Of a stretch of DNA of 64,000 nucleotides, positions 50,036 through 63,324 are shown piece after piece. The stretch covers positions 9,294,239 through 9,358,238 of the forward strand of contig MU058636.1 of the NCBI GenBank assembly GCA_013265495.1, in the 5' to 3' direction. How positions within the stretch are numbered: position 1 is the first letter of the stretch; every line of letters begins with the position of its first letter. A program made the translations under genes and the position numbers. Under the pieces are notes generated by a model, which was given only the letters and a program-made list of their open reading frames with translations, was not told where the DNA came from and did no database searches. The stretch comes from Vicugna vicugna. Lineage: Eukaryota.

Positions 50036-50350
50036 TGTAAATGAAAGGGATAGGAGGGAAGGGGGCAGGGCACAGCCACTGAAGGAATGGCACAGCCATT
50101 GAAGGAATGACACAGCAATTGAGGACAGAACAAGCTGGTTAGAACCAAGATGGCTCCAGTAGACCTTGAGCCTCATGGTGCGCCCATGACAGTTCCTAGG
50201 CTGACTACAAAAAGTCAAAAAGTGGGTGGGGCTCAATTCTGGGAGATCCCTGTCCCTTCCCCAAAACAGACAGAACGATCCTCCCACACATTAGCATATG
50301 AAATTACCCGGCCAATCAAAACTAACCACCCCACGCCTCGCGGCCTCTAG
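50036..50350 (+). mobile_element. ERV1-class LTR, 5' (U3) part
   Basis: aaccaagatggc, cccatgacagttcc, aaaagtgggtgggg, attagcatatg and ccaatc resemble MER41-like laurasiatherian LTRs. The 3' end was not found. Confidence 0.55.
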
Positions 50351-53300
50351 GGGCCCCAGGTGACAAGGAGTGAACCACCGTCTCTAGTCAATTTTAGTTT
50401 TCTCAGGCAAGAATCAGGCTTTCGTGTTCTGAAGTCACTACCACGGAGAACAGGTTTCAGAGCTCTCCACGAGGTTTTCCTACAGCTCTCATTGCTAGCC
50501 TTGAGGCTGGATGCAGTGAACAGAATAGCCAACCGGTTTTCTCCCAAGAATTCTCTTTACCAGTCTCCTCTCAAAATCCTCTCTCAGAACTTTCTTGTAC
50601 CTCTGGTCTGGCTGAGACAGTTGGGAATTGAAGAAAGGGTTCTTGGGGCCATTTCTTGGTGTATCTGAATATGGAGGAGTCCTGTCTTATTCTGCCTTTG
50701 GCATCTAGATCCCTACCTACAATGCCTCGCTGTCTGCTGGTGGAGGCAGAGCCCCCAGGGACATCCTCTCCTCGCCATGGCGGGCAAAGCTGCCAGGGAA
50801 CCCTGCTGGTCAGGGACAGGTTGCTGGTGGGCTGTGAACCTGTGGGCAGAATTCCTCTTCTACAGGCTCCTTTCTGAGTGTGTAAGTTCTTGGCTTCCCT
50901 GTAAGCCAAATAGTCTCTCAAGAAGAATCCATTCAAATTATCATAAATTGTCAGAGAAACTCATTGATTCCTTTTAAAAACTAGAATTTTTTTTTAGAAG
51001 ATTCATAGAGCCTGAAGAGATTTTATAGAGCCCCCGATTAGACATCTTTATTTTATACATAAGGACACTGGTTTTGCATAGTCATTCATTTATTCAACAA
51101 ATGTATTGGACGTCTGCTCTTTACAAGTATTACCAAAATGCTTGTGCCTAACAGCGACTAAGGCATCCCTTGCCTTTCACAAATGTATCTTCTAATGAAG
51201 CTGACTGTCACATAAATAGGCTATTACATACAGTAAATATATCGTGATCAGAAAGTATCTTGCTTGACCCTCAGCTAAGAGTCTGGATTCCTTAGTAACC
51301 CAGGGCTTTCCACGAGTCCCACCAGTTAATTTACTGTGATGATTAGAAAAGCAGTTTAGAAATGACTCTTTATCTGTAAGACCTTTGAAAGTCAGGGCTT
51401 ACTATTCAAGTAGACTTGGAGGTATTAATCCCAACGCCAGTCTCCGTCAACTGTCTTTTCCATGTGAGTTACACAAAAAATGAAAACCGTTGAATGATTT
51501 ACAACTATTGAGAATCAGCATAATTTTCCCTTCAACTACAATTAACACACCTTTTGATAAACTTCTTCAAATCATAACAGAGTGTATCAGTTAGAAAATA
51601 TTCCTGATTCCTTTGGACTTTTAGGAGGACCTAGAGCAGGAAGCTGAATCTTCAGACTGTAATCACCTTTTCCTTTGCAAATAAAAAGAACTATGTAAAT
51701 GCGGGGAGGAAACCATTTCTGAAAATTGGGCACTTTGCAAAAAACTAATCGGTTGTACCCAAGTTAGTAATGTTGATAACTCTTTGCTTCATGCAAGTAA
51801 TTTTTGTTGGTTTGGAACTTCCAAGTAAGAAAAAGTCACCTTGATTTCAGGACTTAAAGTCGTTCTCAGCTGAACACCATGTTCCTGCCAGTGTCAGAGA
51901 GAAAATTCTGAAACTCTTTAATTTTGAAAAAAAGGACTAGTATAAATGAAGTGGTTACCCGAGATTCCCAAAGTATATTCTATTCGAGATACATTTTGAA
52001 CTTTTTGAAAAAGACAAATCAACAGATTTCTACAAAATATTATTTGCTTAAGTTTCTGGGAAGGACTTTGTAAAAGTGTGTTTCCCTTCGTGTTGTTAAT
52101 AGTCAACTGAAACACATTTCAGTGAAGTGCTAGTCACGATTACATGTGAGACAAATGGGTATAAATAACACTTTATAAATAAACTGTGAAAATGTGATTT
52201 TTTTTTAGAGGCAGTGAAGTCTTTTTTTCTTCTTCTTGGATGTGTGGGTAACAACATGTTCAAGTTCTTAAAGGTTCAGTTTGTAACATCAGCAGATTTA
52301 TTAGAGTTGGAAATCTGTCCTCAGGAGGGGTAGTTGAAAATAAAAAGAGGCAAACGTATACAAATTAAGGTCTCTCTTTGGGGAAATTGTTGCATGACAG
52401 CTTACTGCCGTGCACTGATGCCAAATTTTTAATGCCTTTTGTGTCTTCTCTGGTTTCCACTTCCCTTTAGAAAAAATTTAGAGGAATTAGGTAAAAGGAT
52501 GTTGAATGAAGATTGGCTGTAGTATAAAATCAAGAGTCAATTTAGTGTTGACTGGCCAAAACGAATATAAAATGCAGAGGAAGTCTGTTGCTGTGGAGAC
52601 AGGGTGGAGAGCATGTACCTGGTGGTGTTCGTTGAGCCACTACGCTGCACAAAATGCTATCAGGGGACTGAACTGAGCCCACGGGCAGTGAGGGAAGGCA
52701 ACTGTGGTCCATGTGCCTCCCACACTTCCCCCATCATCCACGTCTGCAGCAATGGCGGTGCAGAGACACAGAAACCTCAATTTGCCAATGCTGATCTTAG
52801 CAGTAAAATGCCTTACTTATTCATAAGTACATTTTGCACTTTGAAGACTCCAAACAGCTTTCTGGGGACAGAGGTATGGTTCATTCCACTTTACACGATC
52901 GGGTCAAGGTCTGACCAGAAGCCATCATTGCCCTGCAATTTCCAAGTTAAATTTCCCCGCCCAGAGAGACACATGTTAGAGAGAACTTTTCTTTAACTGG
53001 AACGCTAAGAATGAATACCCAGAACCCCTTCTCTGCCTTTTCCCTGTTGAAGTTAGATTCATTCACTAGGACAAGTGTAAATACTGTATAGTTATGTCAG
53101 CTGAACTCTGTTTGAAAATGCTCCTTTTCATTTGTTCTCTGACTCAGATGTTTAATAGAACAGAATATTCTGGGCTGGTTCTATACAACAAACACTGAAC
53201 TGATAAACCGGGCGGTACTTTCTCATTTTTTTCATAAGAGACCTATTTCAGCTAGCCAGCAGGAAAACACTAAATGTAACTAAATGCTACATGAAAAACT

Positions 53301-54502
53301 AAACAGAACGCAATGGAATCCACATTTGCTCTTTTAAACAGATTGTTTCAATGACTCTGACGGTCTGAAAACACACCCATGGATTTGGAGATGTGCCCAG
53401 AGTGTGTGACTTAGCGTCCGCGCTTTGATGGGAGCATTGGCTCTAAAGGGAATGGTCTAGTCTGCATGAGCTCAGGGACGTGCACTATGGGATGGGGAGG
53501 AGGGTGGGAAGTGGAGAGATGTTTAGTCAAAGCTTCTTGACAGTGATGAGAAGATAAAATTAAACAGAGGATTTACAGCCACCAAAATGTCTGGCCTCCT
53601 CTGTTAATGAAAGATGATTATTATCACAGATAATAATATTTCGTGATATTTAAGTAAAAAAAGAATCTACTAAAAACCCATTTAATTATTCATAAAATAG
53701 CTGAGAAGTATGATTAAACTATGCTGGGATAGTAATGTCATTGTTGCATATTTCATTAACAATAATTTATGGAAACGGATGAATTTGTCATTTCAAATAA
53801 AGAGATCAGTTGCAAACCCAGAGATTTCTTTATTCACCTTTGGGTGATCCAAGGTTTAAAAATAAAAGTCTAGTGAAACAGAGGACAGATGACTTTTATC
53901 ACCCTCCAAATTTACGGCTGAGGAGGATAAGGGCTCTAAGTGTCACAAGACAGTGCAATTTCACCTATAAAGTGCTAATATTAAATTGTCATTTATTTGA
54001 GGTCTTTGAGGTAGCATAAATTATTCTTATTTTGTTTTATTTGATCCATTTCCTGGGATCAGGCTTGGTCCTACAGGGAAACATATTAAAGTTGCCTCCA
54101 TACTATGATATGAAAACTGTGAACAGCCCTGCCCGGGAAGACAGATTCTGTCCACCAAATTTTGTTGGGCAGAATTCTGTACCTTTACATCAACTCTGGC
54201 TGACCAAAAAGCTCTAGTTTAAAATGTGTAAATATGAGCTGACAAAGGATTTGGGGCCCTCTCTCACTGGCACCTTAGGAGAAATTATCTTCTGGGTTTA
54301 AGATGCAGGTTTCTGGGAGCTACAGTTTCCCCTCTGATTTTGGAGAGGAAGAGAAAAACGGTTCAGGAGAGACCAGAGTATTTTCTCATTTAGAAATGAG
54401 GCAGCACTTGCTGACTTGACGATACTGTTGAGAAAATGATGCTCATTTGCCTTAGAACAGCCAAAGTGAGGCTGAACAGTCCAGCAGTAAAATCCCACAC
54501 TG

Positions 54503-55152
54503 CCAACAAGTGTCCGTGTGGATGTGCAGAAAAGGGAGCCCTTGTGCACTGTTGGTGGGAATGTAAATTGGTGCAGCCACTATGGGAAATGGTATGGAGG
54601 TTCCTCAGAAAACTGAAAATAGAACTACCATATGATCCAGCAATCCCGCTCCTGTGTATCCATTCTAAGAAAATGAAAACACTGGCTTAAAAAGATACAT
54701 GCACCCTCATGTTCATTGTAGCATTATTTACAATAGCCAAGATAGAGAAACAACCTAAGAGTCCATCAATGTATAAACTGTGATAGAAACTTTTTTCCCC
54801 TGATAGAATATTATTTAACCATAAAAAAAAATGAAATCTTGCCATTTGCAGAACATAGATGGAACTTGGGGGCATTGTCCTAAGTGAAACAAGTCAGAAA
54901 GAGAAAGACAAAGTATAATCTCTCTTGTGTGAAATATATATATAACAATGTGAAATATATAATAAATACATTAAATATAATAATTATATAATCTCTTACA
55001 TGAGAAATATATAATAAATATTATATATTTTATATATATAAAACCAAGCTCATAGATACAGAGAACAGATTGATGATTGCCAGAGTTGGATGGGGCACTG
55101 AGGTGGGGGGAAGGAATGGGTGAAAAAGGTCAAAAGTTTAAAAAATTAAAAT
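54503..55152 (+). mobile_element. 5'-truncated LINE-1 (L1MA-type) with TSD
   Basis: ORF2 C-terminus [36 protein letters not shown] in ORF 54436-54690. TSD aaaatcccacactg (54489-54502) / aaagattccacactg (55153-55167). Confidence 0.92.
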
Positions 55153-56639
55153 AAAGATTCCACACTGTTTTAGGTCTATTACAGTTCCTACATTTTTAAA
55201 TGCTTTATTTCACTGTTTAGGCACAAATGCAATTAAACATATTGTCTACTTAGAGCTCACTATTTTTTCTGACTCCTCATCAAACAACAGGGTTAAAGAA
55301 TTTTTACAAAGCAACCGCATTTTATTAGCAGAAAGATCCTTGAACTTAGAACTAGAAGATTTAGGCTTGGGTGATTACTGCTAATTAGCTTTGTAAATGT
55401 GTGTGGTTCATATAAACTCAGAGTCACCCATAATATGGGGAAAGTCAGATAATATATGAAAGTGTTCTACAAACTGTAAAGCACTAACTTTTAATCCGCA
55501 TTAAGGACTTTCATTTAAAAAATTAACATCAAATTGGAACTGGTGTTGAACTGAACGTTTAGTAAGTTAAATATATGTTATAAAAGAGGAGTCACGTAAC
55601 AACGTGGGTAACTCCAGATTTTAATCTAAATCCCTCTTTCAATGTTAAATTTCCAAGAAGAATTTGTTAAATCTCATTGCAGTTTGAAGTCCAAAGACTT
55701 TATAAAGTCAAAAATTAAATTATCTTGCCCTATGGACTCAGAAGTTTAAAGTCCAAAGTTCTTGTTAAATTAAACCAAGGACTGTCCCCTCTGATGTCTT
55801 ACTGCACTCAGTCCAGCACATAAAATTCTCCGCATCGCAGTAGAGTTGGGGCTTATTCAGCAACTGTTAGTTTCTTCAGAACCTCAGAAATGATAACATC
55901 GAAAGTTGCATCTCCTTCACTTTTTTATAGAGTCCAAAGAATAAATAGGAAATACAATCTTGTAGGATCTCACAGCCACCAAACTTAGAAAACATGCCAA
56001 ACCACAGTCCCTAGAGCAGGAAACAATGATGTTTTGGGGGCTTACGACTTGGGATGGTGGAAGTCCAGAGCAGGGACTCAAGGGTACCTGAGATAGAGGG
56101 AAATGAATATACCCTTGGTGTCAGATTTGTCCACATGCCAGTCAATGCCAGATTTGCAGAATCCACAACCTGTAAAGGGAACAAATTGGAGAAAGTCTCC
56201 CAACAAGAGGTTGAACTTGGCCTTACGCATACAGCCTCCGTGAGGTCCGTGGCTCAGTTCGCCTGAAGACTTACGCCTCCATGCCTTTGCTGGGGCTCAG
56301 AGCCCTTGTTTAAGACCCAGAGAGTGGGACAGACACTTCTACTTGCCTGGGGACAAAGTCACCGTAAGCTACAATTAAAAGTCAAATGCCAAAATACTGT
56401 GCAGCCTAAACTGAAGTTTCTTGTGGGTGAAGAAATTAGAGAAATTAAATTAAAGGATGTGAATTCCAGGAGGCAGGGATCCTTGGCGGCCATTTCAGAA
56501 GTCTGTCAAGACTCCTCTCTAAAATATTGTTGCTTTATAGCAGTAATAATATCAGGCAGTCCTGACTGGCTCCTGAGTTAGTGTTTGGCCATTCAGAGCA
56601 GTATTTATAGTTTGTCCTTCCCAAATAATGTTTACCCAT

Positions 56640-57290
56640 CCCCATATAACTTAGAGGGTTGTTTTTTTTTAAATTAAGAATACTTGCTCTGTTCTATTAA
56701 ACAAATTTTTAGCATCTATTAATCTATTTATATGCCTTTTCTTTTTGTTTTAATGGATTGAATTGGGTTGACAGGTTTCCTGATAATAAAAATAAGCCTT
56801 GCATTCTTAGAATATGCTCTACTTAGTCATAGTGTATTAATCTCCTTGCTACACTGTTGGATTTTATTTGCCAATATTTTAGTTATAATTTTTCACCTAT
56901 ATTTAGTGCAGATGATTGTTTATAGCTTTCTTTTATGTACTATTGCTATAAAATTTGGATATTAAACTTAAGCTGGATTTATGAAAGGAACCATTGAGTT
57001 TTCTATGGTTTTCGGGGATTGAAAATAGTTTAATAAATGATAGAATCATCTGGGTTTTTTTTAATAGTTAGATAAAATTCAACTGTGAGGCCAGCGAGTT
57101 CTGAAACCTTTTTAATGAAAGTTCTTTAATCACCACTTCAATCTCTTCTATGGTAATTTATCTAATCATGATTTTTTATGTCATAATTTAATTTGGGCAT
57201 TTTATATTTTGTCAGGAAATCACCTATTTCTTCTACATTTTTTCAAATTGGTTGCCTTGGAGTTGCTGGTATTGTTTTGTAATTCTTATT
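56640..57290 (-). mobile_element. Ancient LINE-1 ORF2 (RT region) fragment
   Basis: ctgttggattttatttgccaatattttagttataatttttcacctat is the reverse of the L1 RT motif DAKILNKILANRIQQ, in degenerate form. Confidence 0.7.
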
Positions 57291-57529
57291 TCCACATTAT
57301 AATTATTATCACATAGTAAATTATCACATTCTACTTGCTTTTCCACTTCTCTTATTACAATCAAAATAGATGTCTAAATCCTTCTGGAAATAAAGTAGGG
57401 GATAGATATTCATACATATACACAGATGCCCAAATGCATTAATGAATGAACTTCAGCATCCTGGTCCATGCCATCCAATTCCTAGCACTTGAGGGGGCAC
57501 TGGTAATTCTGAATAAATAAATCATCGGC

Positions 57530-57893
57530 TGTGTTTATGAGCTCAGGCTGCCAGAACAAAATACCATAGACTGGGTGGCTTAAATAGGAATTTATTTCTT
57601 GTAGTCCTGGAGGCTGGGAAGTCCAAGGTCAAGGAGCCCTGATGAGGGCTCCCTTTCTGACTTGCAGATGGCTGCCTTCTTGCTGTGTCCTCCCATGGCA
57701 GAGAGAGAGAGACAAAGAGAACAAGTTCTCTGGTATCTCTTCTTATAAGGGTGCTAATCCCATCACGATGGCCCCACTCTCATGACCTCACCCAAACCTA
57801 ATTATTGCCTAAACTCCGTTTCCAAATACCATTACCTTGGGGGTTAGGGCTTCAATATGTGAAAACGAGGGGGACAGAACTCAGTCCATAGCA
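57530..57893 (-). mobile_element. MLT1A-like solo LTR
   Basis: aaataccatagactgggtggcttaaa, ctggaggctgggaagtccaaggtcaagg, ggggttagggcttcaatatgtgaa, and end cagtccatagca. Confidence 0.9.
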
Positions 57894-57918
57894 CCTGCTT
57901 GGTAGTCCCAGGTACTCA

Positions 57919-58382
57919 TGCCGTGGATTTAGTTGTGTCCCCCAAATACATATGTCCAAGTCCTAACCCCCGGTACCTTGAATGTGACCTTATTTGGAAA
58001 TAGGATCGTTACAGATGTGATCAAGTTAAAATGAGATCCTAGTAGGTCAGGGTGGGCTCTAAGCCCCAGTGACTGGTGACCTTATAAGAAGAGGGAAATT
58101 TGGATACAGACACAGACAGGAAGAGAATACCGTGCGTCCATGGAGGCAGAGACTGGAGAGATGTGTCTGCAAGCCCACAAATTCCCAGGATTGCCGATAA
58201 CTGTCTGAGCTTGGAGAGAGTCCTTGATCAGATTCTCCCTCCGAGGCTGCAGAGGGAAGCAACTCCGCCAACACCTTGACTTTGGACTTGCAGCTTACAG
58301 CGCTGTGAGACAATTAACAAGTGGTGTTTAACAACACCCCATGTGTGGGCCTTTGTTATGGAAGTCCCAGGAAGTTAATCTG
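57919..58382 (+). mobile_element. MLT1B/C-like solo LTR
   Basis: ttgtgtcccccaaa, gaatgtgaccttatttggaaatagg, ccttataagaagagg and ccaacaccttgactttggactt. Confidence 0.9.
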
Positions 58383-59547
58383 CTTTACACCTGTTGTTCT
58401 TGATCTGTTGCTTTATCTTTGAACCACTCAGCTTAATTCTGACAGAAAAACCCTCCTCAAGTATTACTCACGTCATGTCACTTCTTTGTTTTAAAAAAAT
58501 GACCAATGAGACTCCATTTTTTTCTTTTCTAAATTTTATTTATTAAAAAAATTTTGGAGACTCTACTTTCTCCAGTTACCACTCAATTTTTGTTCACCTT
58601 GTATTTGAGAACCCAAACAATTCTATACATATTTTCATATTTTTTTTCTTTCTAATCAGGTTGAACTCTTGTGCAGAAACACTCCATGTCCTCTTCTGCT
58701 TTTGTAGTTTTTTTCTCTTCTTCCAATTTCCTCCACCATCCTTTCTTGTAAATGTCACACTCTCTTCAGGGTCAAAATCAAAGTAAAAATCAAGCTTTCA
58801 TTCATTATGCCAATCCTTCTTATCCCCGCTTCTCTGAATTTAGAGAAATGTTGTAATCAATACCACAAAATTTTGCTCCTTATTATCTACCAGTTGTTTT
58901 ATCTGATGGCTACCCTTTGAGGGGAACACAATTTTATACTTTTGAGCCTCCCTCAGGCCTAGAGCAGCGATAAGATATGCAAGAAAGACTTTCTAATTAA
59001 TTTGTAACCACTGCATGCATACTAATTTTGCCCACCACATGCATAATAAAGATTGCATTTAGACATACATGCATAAATCTTGGCTAAAGATTGCACTGTT
59101 CTGACCTGACTCCATCAGGAGTGCCTCTGGCCTAAATTCTTCCCTACTTGGAGGAAACTATGAGGAAATGAAGCTTCATGCAGTCAAAATGCAAAATAAG
59201 ATCTGAGGCGTGTGGATAAGCCAGCAGGTCATTTGCAAGGGCTCTGGATTTAGGGAACACAGTGCTTTTATTTTTCTTAAATAATTCAACACAAACATCC
59301 ATTACAGTCAGAGACCATGATAAGGAGCCAGAATTTCTCTTCTGTCATCCACAGAACTCACTTACTGGTCCCTTTTGTCCCGAGAGCTACCTCAGGGGAG
59401 ATTTGAACTACCTGCCTGCTCCAGTCTCTGACTTTAACAATAGTTTACTCAAGTCTAGAGGAATAATCTAGTACCTGGACTTTCTCTCCGCCTTTTCCCA
59501 TGGCAGCCCAGTTACTGGCAGTCTCCAGTGAACCCCACATGCCCATC

Positions 59548-59900
59548 TATCTTAGTCGGTTTGTGCTGCTGTGACAGAAATACCACAGACCAGGTGGCTT
59601 ACAACACAAATGTATTTCCCACAGTCCCAGAGGCTGGGAAGTCCAGGATAAGGTGTTGGCAGATTTGGTTCTTGGTGAGGTCCCTCTTTCTGGTGTGTGT
59701 TTTGACACCTTCTCACTATGTTCTCACGTAATAGAGAATACCTCTCTTTCCTCTTCTTATAAGAGCACCAATCCCATCCTAAGGGCTCTGCTCACGACTT
59801 ACTGACCTCCCAGAAGCCCCACTTCCAAATACCCTCACTTTGGGGTTAGGGCTTCAGTATGTGAATTGATGGGGGAGATACAGACATTCAGCCCATCGCG
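59548..59900 (-). mobile_element. MLT1A-like solo LTR inserted in an L2
   Basis: aaataccacagaccaggtggcttacaac, cctcttcttataagagcaccaatcccatc and ggggttagggcttcagtatgtgaatt. Confidence 0.88.
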
Positions 59901-60123
59901 CTGCCCTCACTTCAGTTCACTGCACATACTGCTACCCTCTTTCTGGTTTATCTCCTGGCTTTCTCCCTTTTCTTCAACCAGCTCTGGCCACACAGCCAAT
60001 TTGCTGCTCCTCAAAGAAGGCCAGGAACACATGCATTCTCTCTAAATGGAATGTTCTTTTTCCAGATAATCTTACCTCTCACTCCTTACTTCATCCAGGT
60101 GTCTCCTCAGGTGTCACACCCGC

Positions 60124-60633
60124 TGTTTTGAAATATAGCATGTTTATAGACAATTTGAGGTAGGATAAGGCTAACAGATCAGGGGACAACTGCCACTGAA
60201 AGGCTAGTCTGCTTCTCAAATTTGCCGAGAAGAGGGGACACATCATACCACACTGGAGGTGGGGAGGGTCCTGCAGGCAAGCGCCTGTATTGTGGTTTCC
60301 ATGGAAAAGACAGGAAAAGCAGGCTTAGGAGTGGCTAGTTTGAATAATTTCAGCAAACGGTGCAATGTAGGGGCTGTAGCTAGCTGTCTGGTTCCCGGTC
60401 CTGGGATGATTAGGGCAGGTGGAGGGTGGTCCAGCGTGTGAGAGCCCAATAAAGGAGGCAGTTGGGGTGTGGGTTTTGGATTGGTTGATATAAATTTGAA
60501 ATACAGAGTAATGGGAGAGCTGTTTACTCTCTCTAGAAATTGGCTAACCTGGGAGAGGTAGTGCCTACAAGATTGGGAAAACCCCAGATGTCAAAGCTTC
60601 AGAATGCAGAAGATAAAATAAATGATTAATACT
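60124..60633 (-). mobile_element. ERVL LTR, MER54/MER74-like
   Basis: Reverse complement begins gtattaatcatttattttatcttctgcattctgaagctttgacatctgggg...gttagccaatttctagagagagtaaac, recalled as a MER54/MER74 5' end. L2 sequence flanks it on both sides. Confidence 0.7.
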
Positions 60634-61679
60634 ATTCTCAGAGAAGTCTTCCCTGACATCTTCCCCATCATCAGTCTCCATCCTCTTCTGTTTTATTTGT
60701 CTTCATGGCACTTCCCAGAAAGCACTTAATAGATATTTGTCATATGTCTTCCCTCAGCAGGATATGAACTCTATCAGAACTTAAGTGCCACCAGGTCACT
60801 TACTACAGCATCTCCAGCATATCCAAGGCTTAGATCTGCTCCCAGCTCACAGTACATGCTTGACAAATATTTGCTGTATAAGTGCATAAATATTAATACA
60901 AACAGGTGCATCCAACTGGGAATTTTCAGTAATACCATCATATATGGATTCTGTATCACCAAAAATTACGTGACTGTGAAAATTATATACTCCAGAAAAA
61001 TGTGTCTGATGACTGCAAAACTGCTCTAGCAATGACAGATAAATATAAAAAGTTATGATGTATTTTATACAATCATCTCTGTGTTCATAATACATATTAA
61101 ACATTATTTAATATGCAATTAGTATGTGTCTAACTAAACTAATGCTCTAAAACTGTAAATTGAAATTTGATAATATCATCTATGTCTCTAAAAATGTATG
61201 TATTCGAGTGGGTCAAAAAGTTATCCTTGGGAAAATTGCTTTATATTCTGGGTTGCTTTATATTCAGTCCTATAAGGTGTTCTTTCCGTCTACTTAATTT
61301 GGGATTATGTTAATGTCAAGATAATGTTTTAAAGAGTATTTGCTAGAAAGCCATTAAAAAGTTAAGAAGAGAAAAAATGCTTCCCAAACTAAATTAATGA
61401 CAGTCATGGAAACACAAGCAATATATAGCCATTGCCATATCTCCTGTTCTGTTTTTAATCTTTGTCCTTTAATAGGAAGAGTTATCAATTTAAATTTACT
61501 ATAATTACTGTTTTTGAGGGGTTCAGAATAATACCTTACCATCAGTGAATTTACTTCCTTATTATCCCTTATGCATTTGCAGTTGATAATGCTCTTCAAA
61601 ATTTACTTTGACTTAACCTGTGTGCTATAGGAGGAAAAATTATGAGAAAAAAGTGAAATAGGAATTGAAGCCTTAGATG

Positions 61680-62780
61680 AGCAAAAAATAGTCTGGTCTG
61701 GGCAAACTGTGTCTCCAAATACTGAGATTACTTTAAAAAACATGCATGAAACCTTGTCAGTGTTGTTCGAAGAACTCTGGGGAGAAGAAATGCAAAAACA
61801 CATGACCCCATATGGTTTTAATTTTCCAAAAGAAGAAAGTAAGTTGTTTTCCTCTTAACAACAATCTTGAGAAAAATTATAAAATTAATAGTCTTAGAAA
61901 GAATGGTTGGTGAGGCAATCTTCAGAAGAAGAAATGGTGATTACCAAGCCAGGATGTGTTCATTTAAAATGTCATATGAAATTATTTATATTTTCTTTTT
62001 CTGAAAGGGTTACTAGACCAGCACAACAGGAAGTGATAGATATGGTGACTCTGGAATTCAACAAGCCATTGGACATAACACCCAGTGGACATGCCGGGGA
62101 AATTCGGGTTGGGTAAGTTTACAACTGAGTGTATTCAAAACTGATTTTTTCAGTGGTTGCAAAACATTCTGATTGATTTCTTTGGCCTCATCTGCCTCAC
62201 GAGTTTAAGCAATGGGATGCTTATAAACATGGTGGTGACATGAAGCTGAGAGAGGTGGAACTGTGGGTTGACTGACAGAATACGGTCCAAAGGGACCCCT
62301 TAGGCCACACTTTATATTTAGGGTGGAGAAATGTAAGGTCAGGAACTTGAATCCAAATATATAACTGATGAGACCAGGCTTACCAGTAGTATGTGTAAAA
62401 AATGTTTTTAAATCCTTTAGATCAAAGTTAAGAGCAAGTTCAAAACGAGGTGGCAGTGCAGCAGAACTTTCAGAAAGTCTATGTAGCTATTAACATAAAA
62501 GTGTTGCATATCAAAGAGAGAGTGGCCCTGGTCAGAGAGACTTGGAATACCAAGTATATCTCACCCCCCACCTCAGTAATTTCATAACACCCCCCGAAAT
62601 GTGGTATCTCTTCAGAAATTTTAGAAACAAAAGTCTTCACAAAGCAATGGGGAACTCCAAAGGCAACAGAAATTCCAAAATGAAGGACTGTAACGAGGCA
62701 GCTTCCTTGATGAATGATGATGGTTTGAGGATCTGGAGTAGCATCATCAGAGACCAGTTGTTGACACACTAGGGAAGATC
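61680..62780 (+). mobile_element. Ancient L3/CR1 LINE reverse-transcriptase remnant
   Basis: ORF 61907-62116 FSFSERVTRPAQQEVIDMVTLEFNKPLD aligns by eye to CR1 RT ISFxDRVTxLVDxGxAVDxxYLDFSKAFD. Downstream gccctggtcagagagacttggaatac resembles the ALVRPHLEY motif. Confidence 0.7.
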
Positions 62781-63324
62781 AAGTTTTACAAAGGCCTGCC
62801 CACTCCCCTCAGGGAAATGCACAGAAAGTTGCCGACCCGACCTCAAGCAATGGAAAGGGTAGGGGTGGTGGAAGGGCTTCACGGCCAGTGCACTTGAACT
62901 CTGTATGACCTCCTTCTCCATTGCACACTACTGGCACGTAAGCAAAAGACTCGAGAGCATAGGTGTGTTCACTCCTTTGCAAAATTTTCCTTTTTTGTTT
63001 TTCCCACCTTTCAGAGCAGTTTTTCTCAAAATGAGATCCTTAAGAGAAATTGTCTTGAGCTGCTTCAGCTGCCCAGCTGAATGTCTCAGCAAGAAAATTA
63101 CCTGAAAATTGAAAACTTTAAATCTCTCTCCTATAAAGGAACTCTCTGGATCAGGGGTGATATGTACAATTTGTGTTTACTGTGTCTCTCAAGCTTCACA
63201 TCTTTTCTTAAGCCCTATGTCCAAAACTGTAGCAAAGGAATATTCTTCGGAGGTGAGCTTTGGGCCCGTGCTTAGTGTAGAATGCAGTGCCAGGAGCATA
63301 TTTGCAAAAGCACAGAGTTACTTT

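Noticed and set aside
54436..54690. ORF with convincing protein-like sequence
   Set aside because: It is the L1 ORF2 C-terminus of a truncated element, not a host gene.
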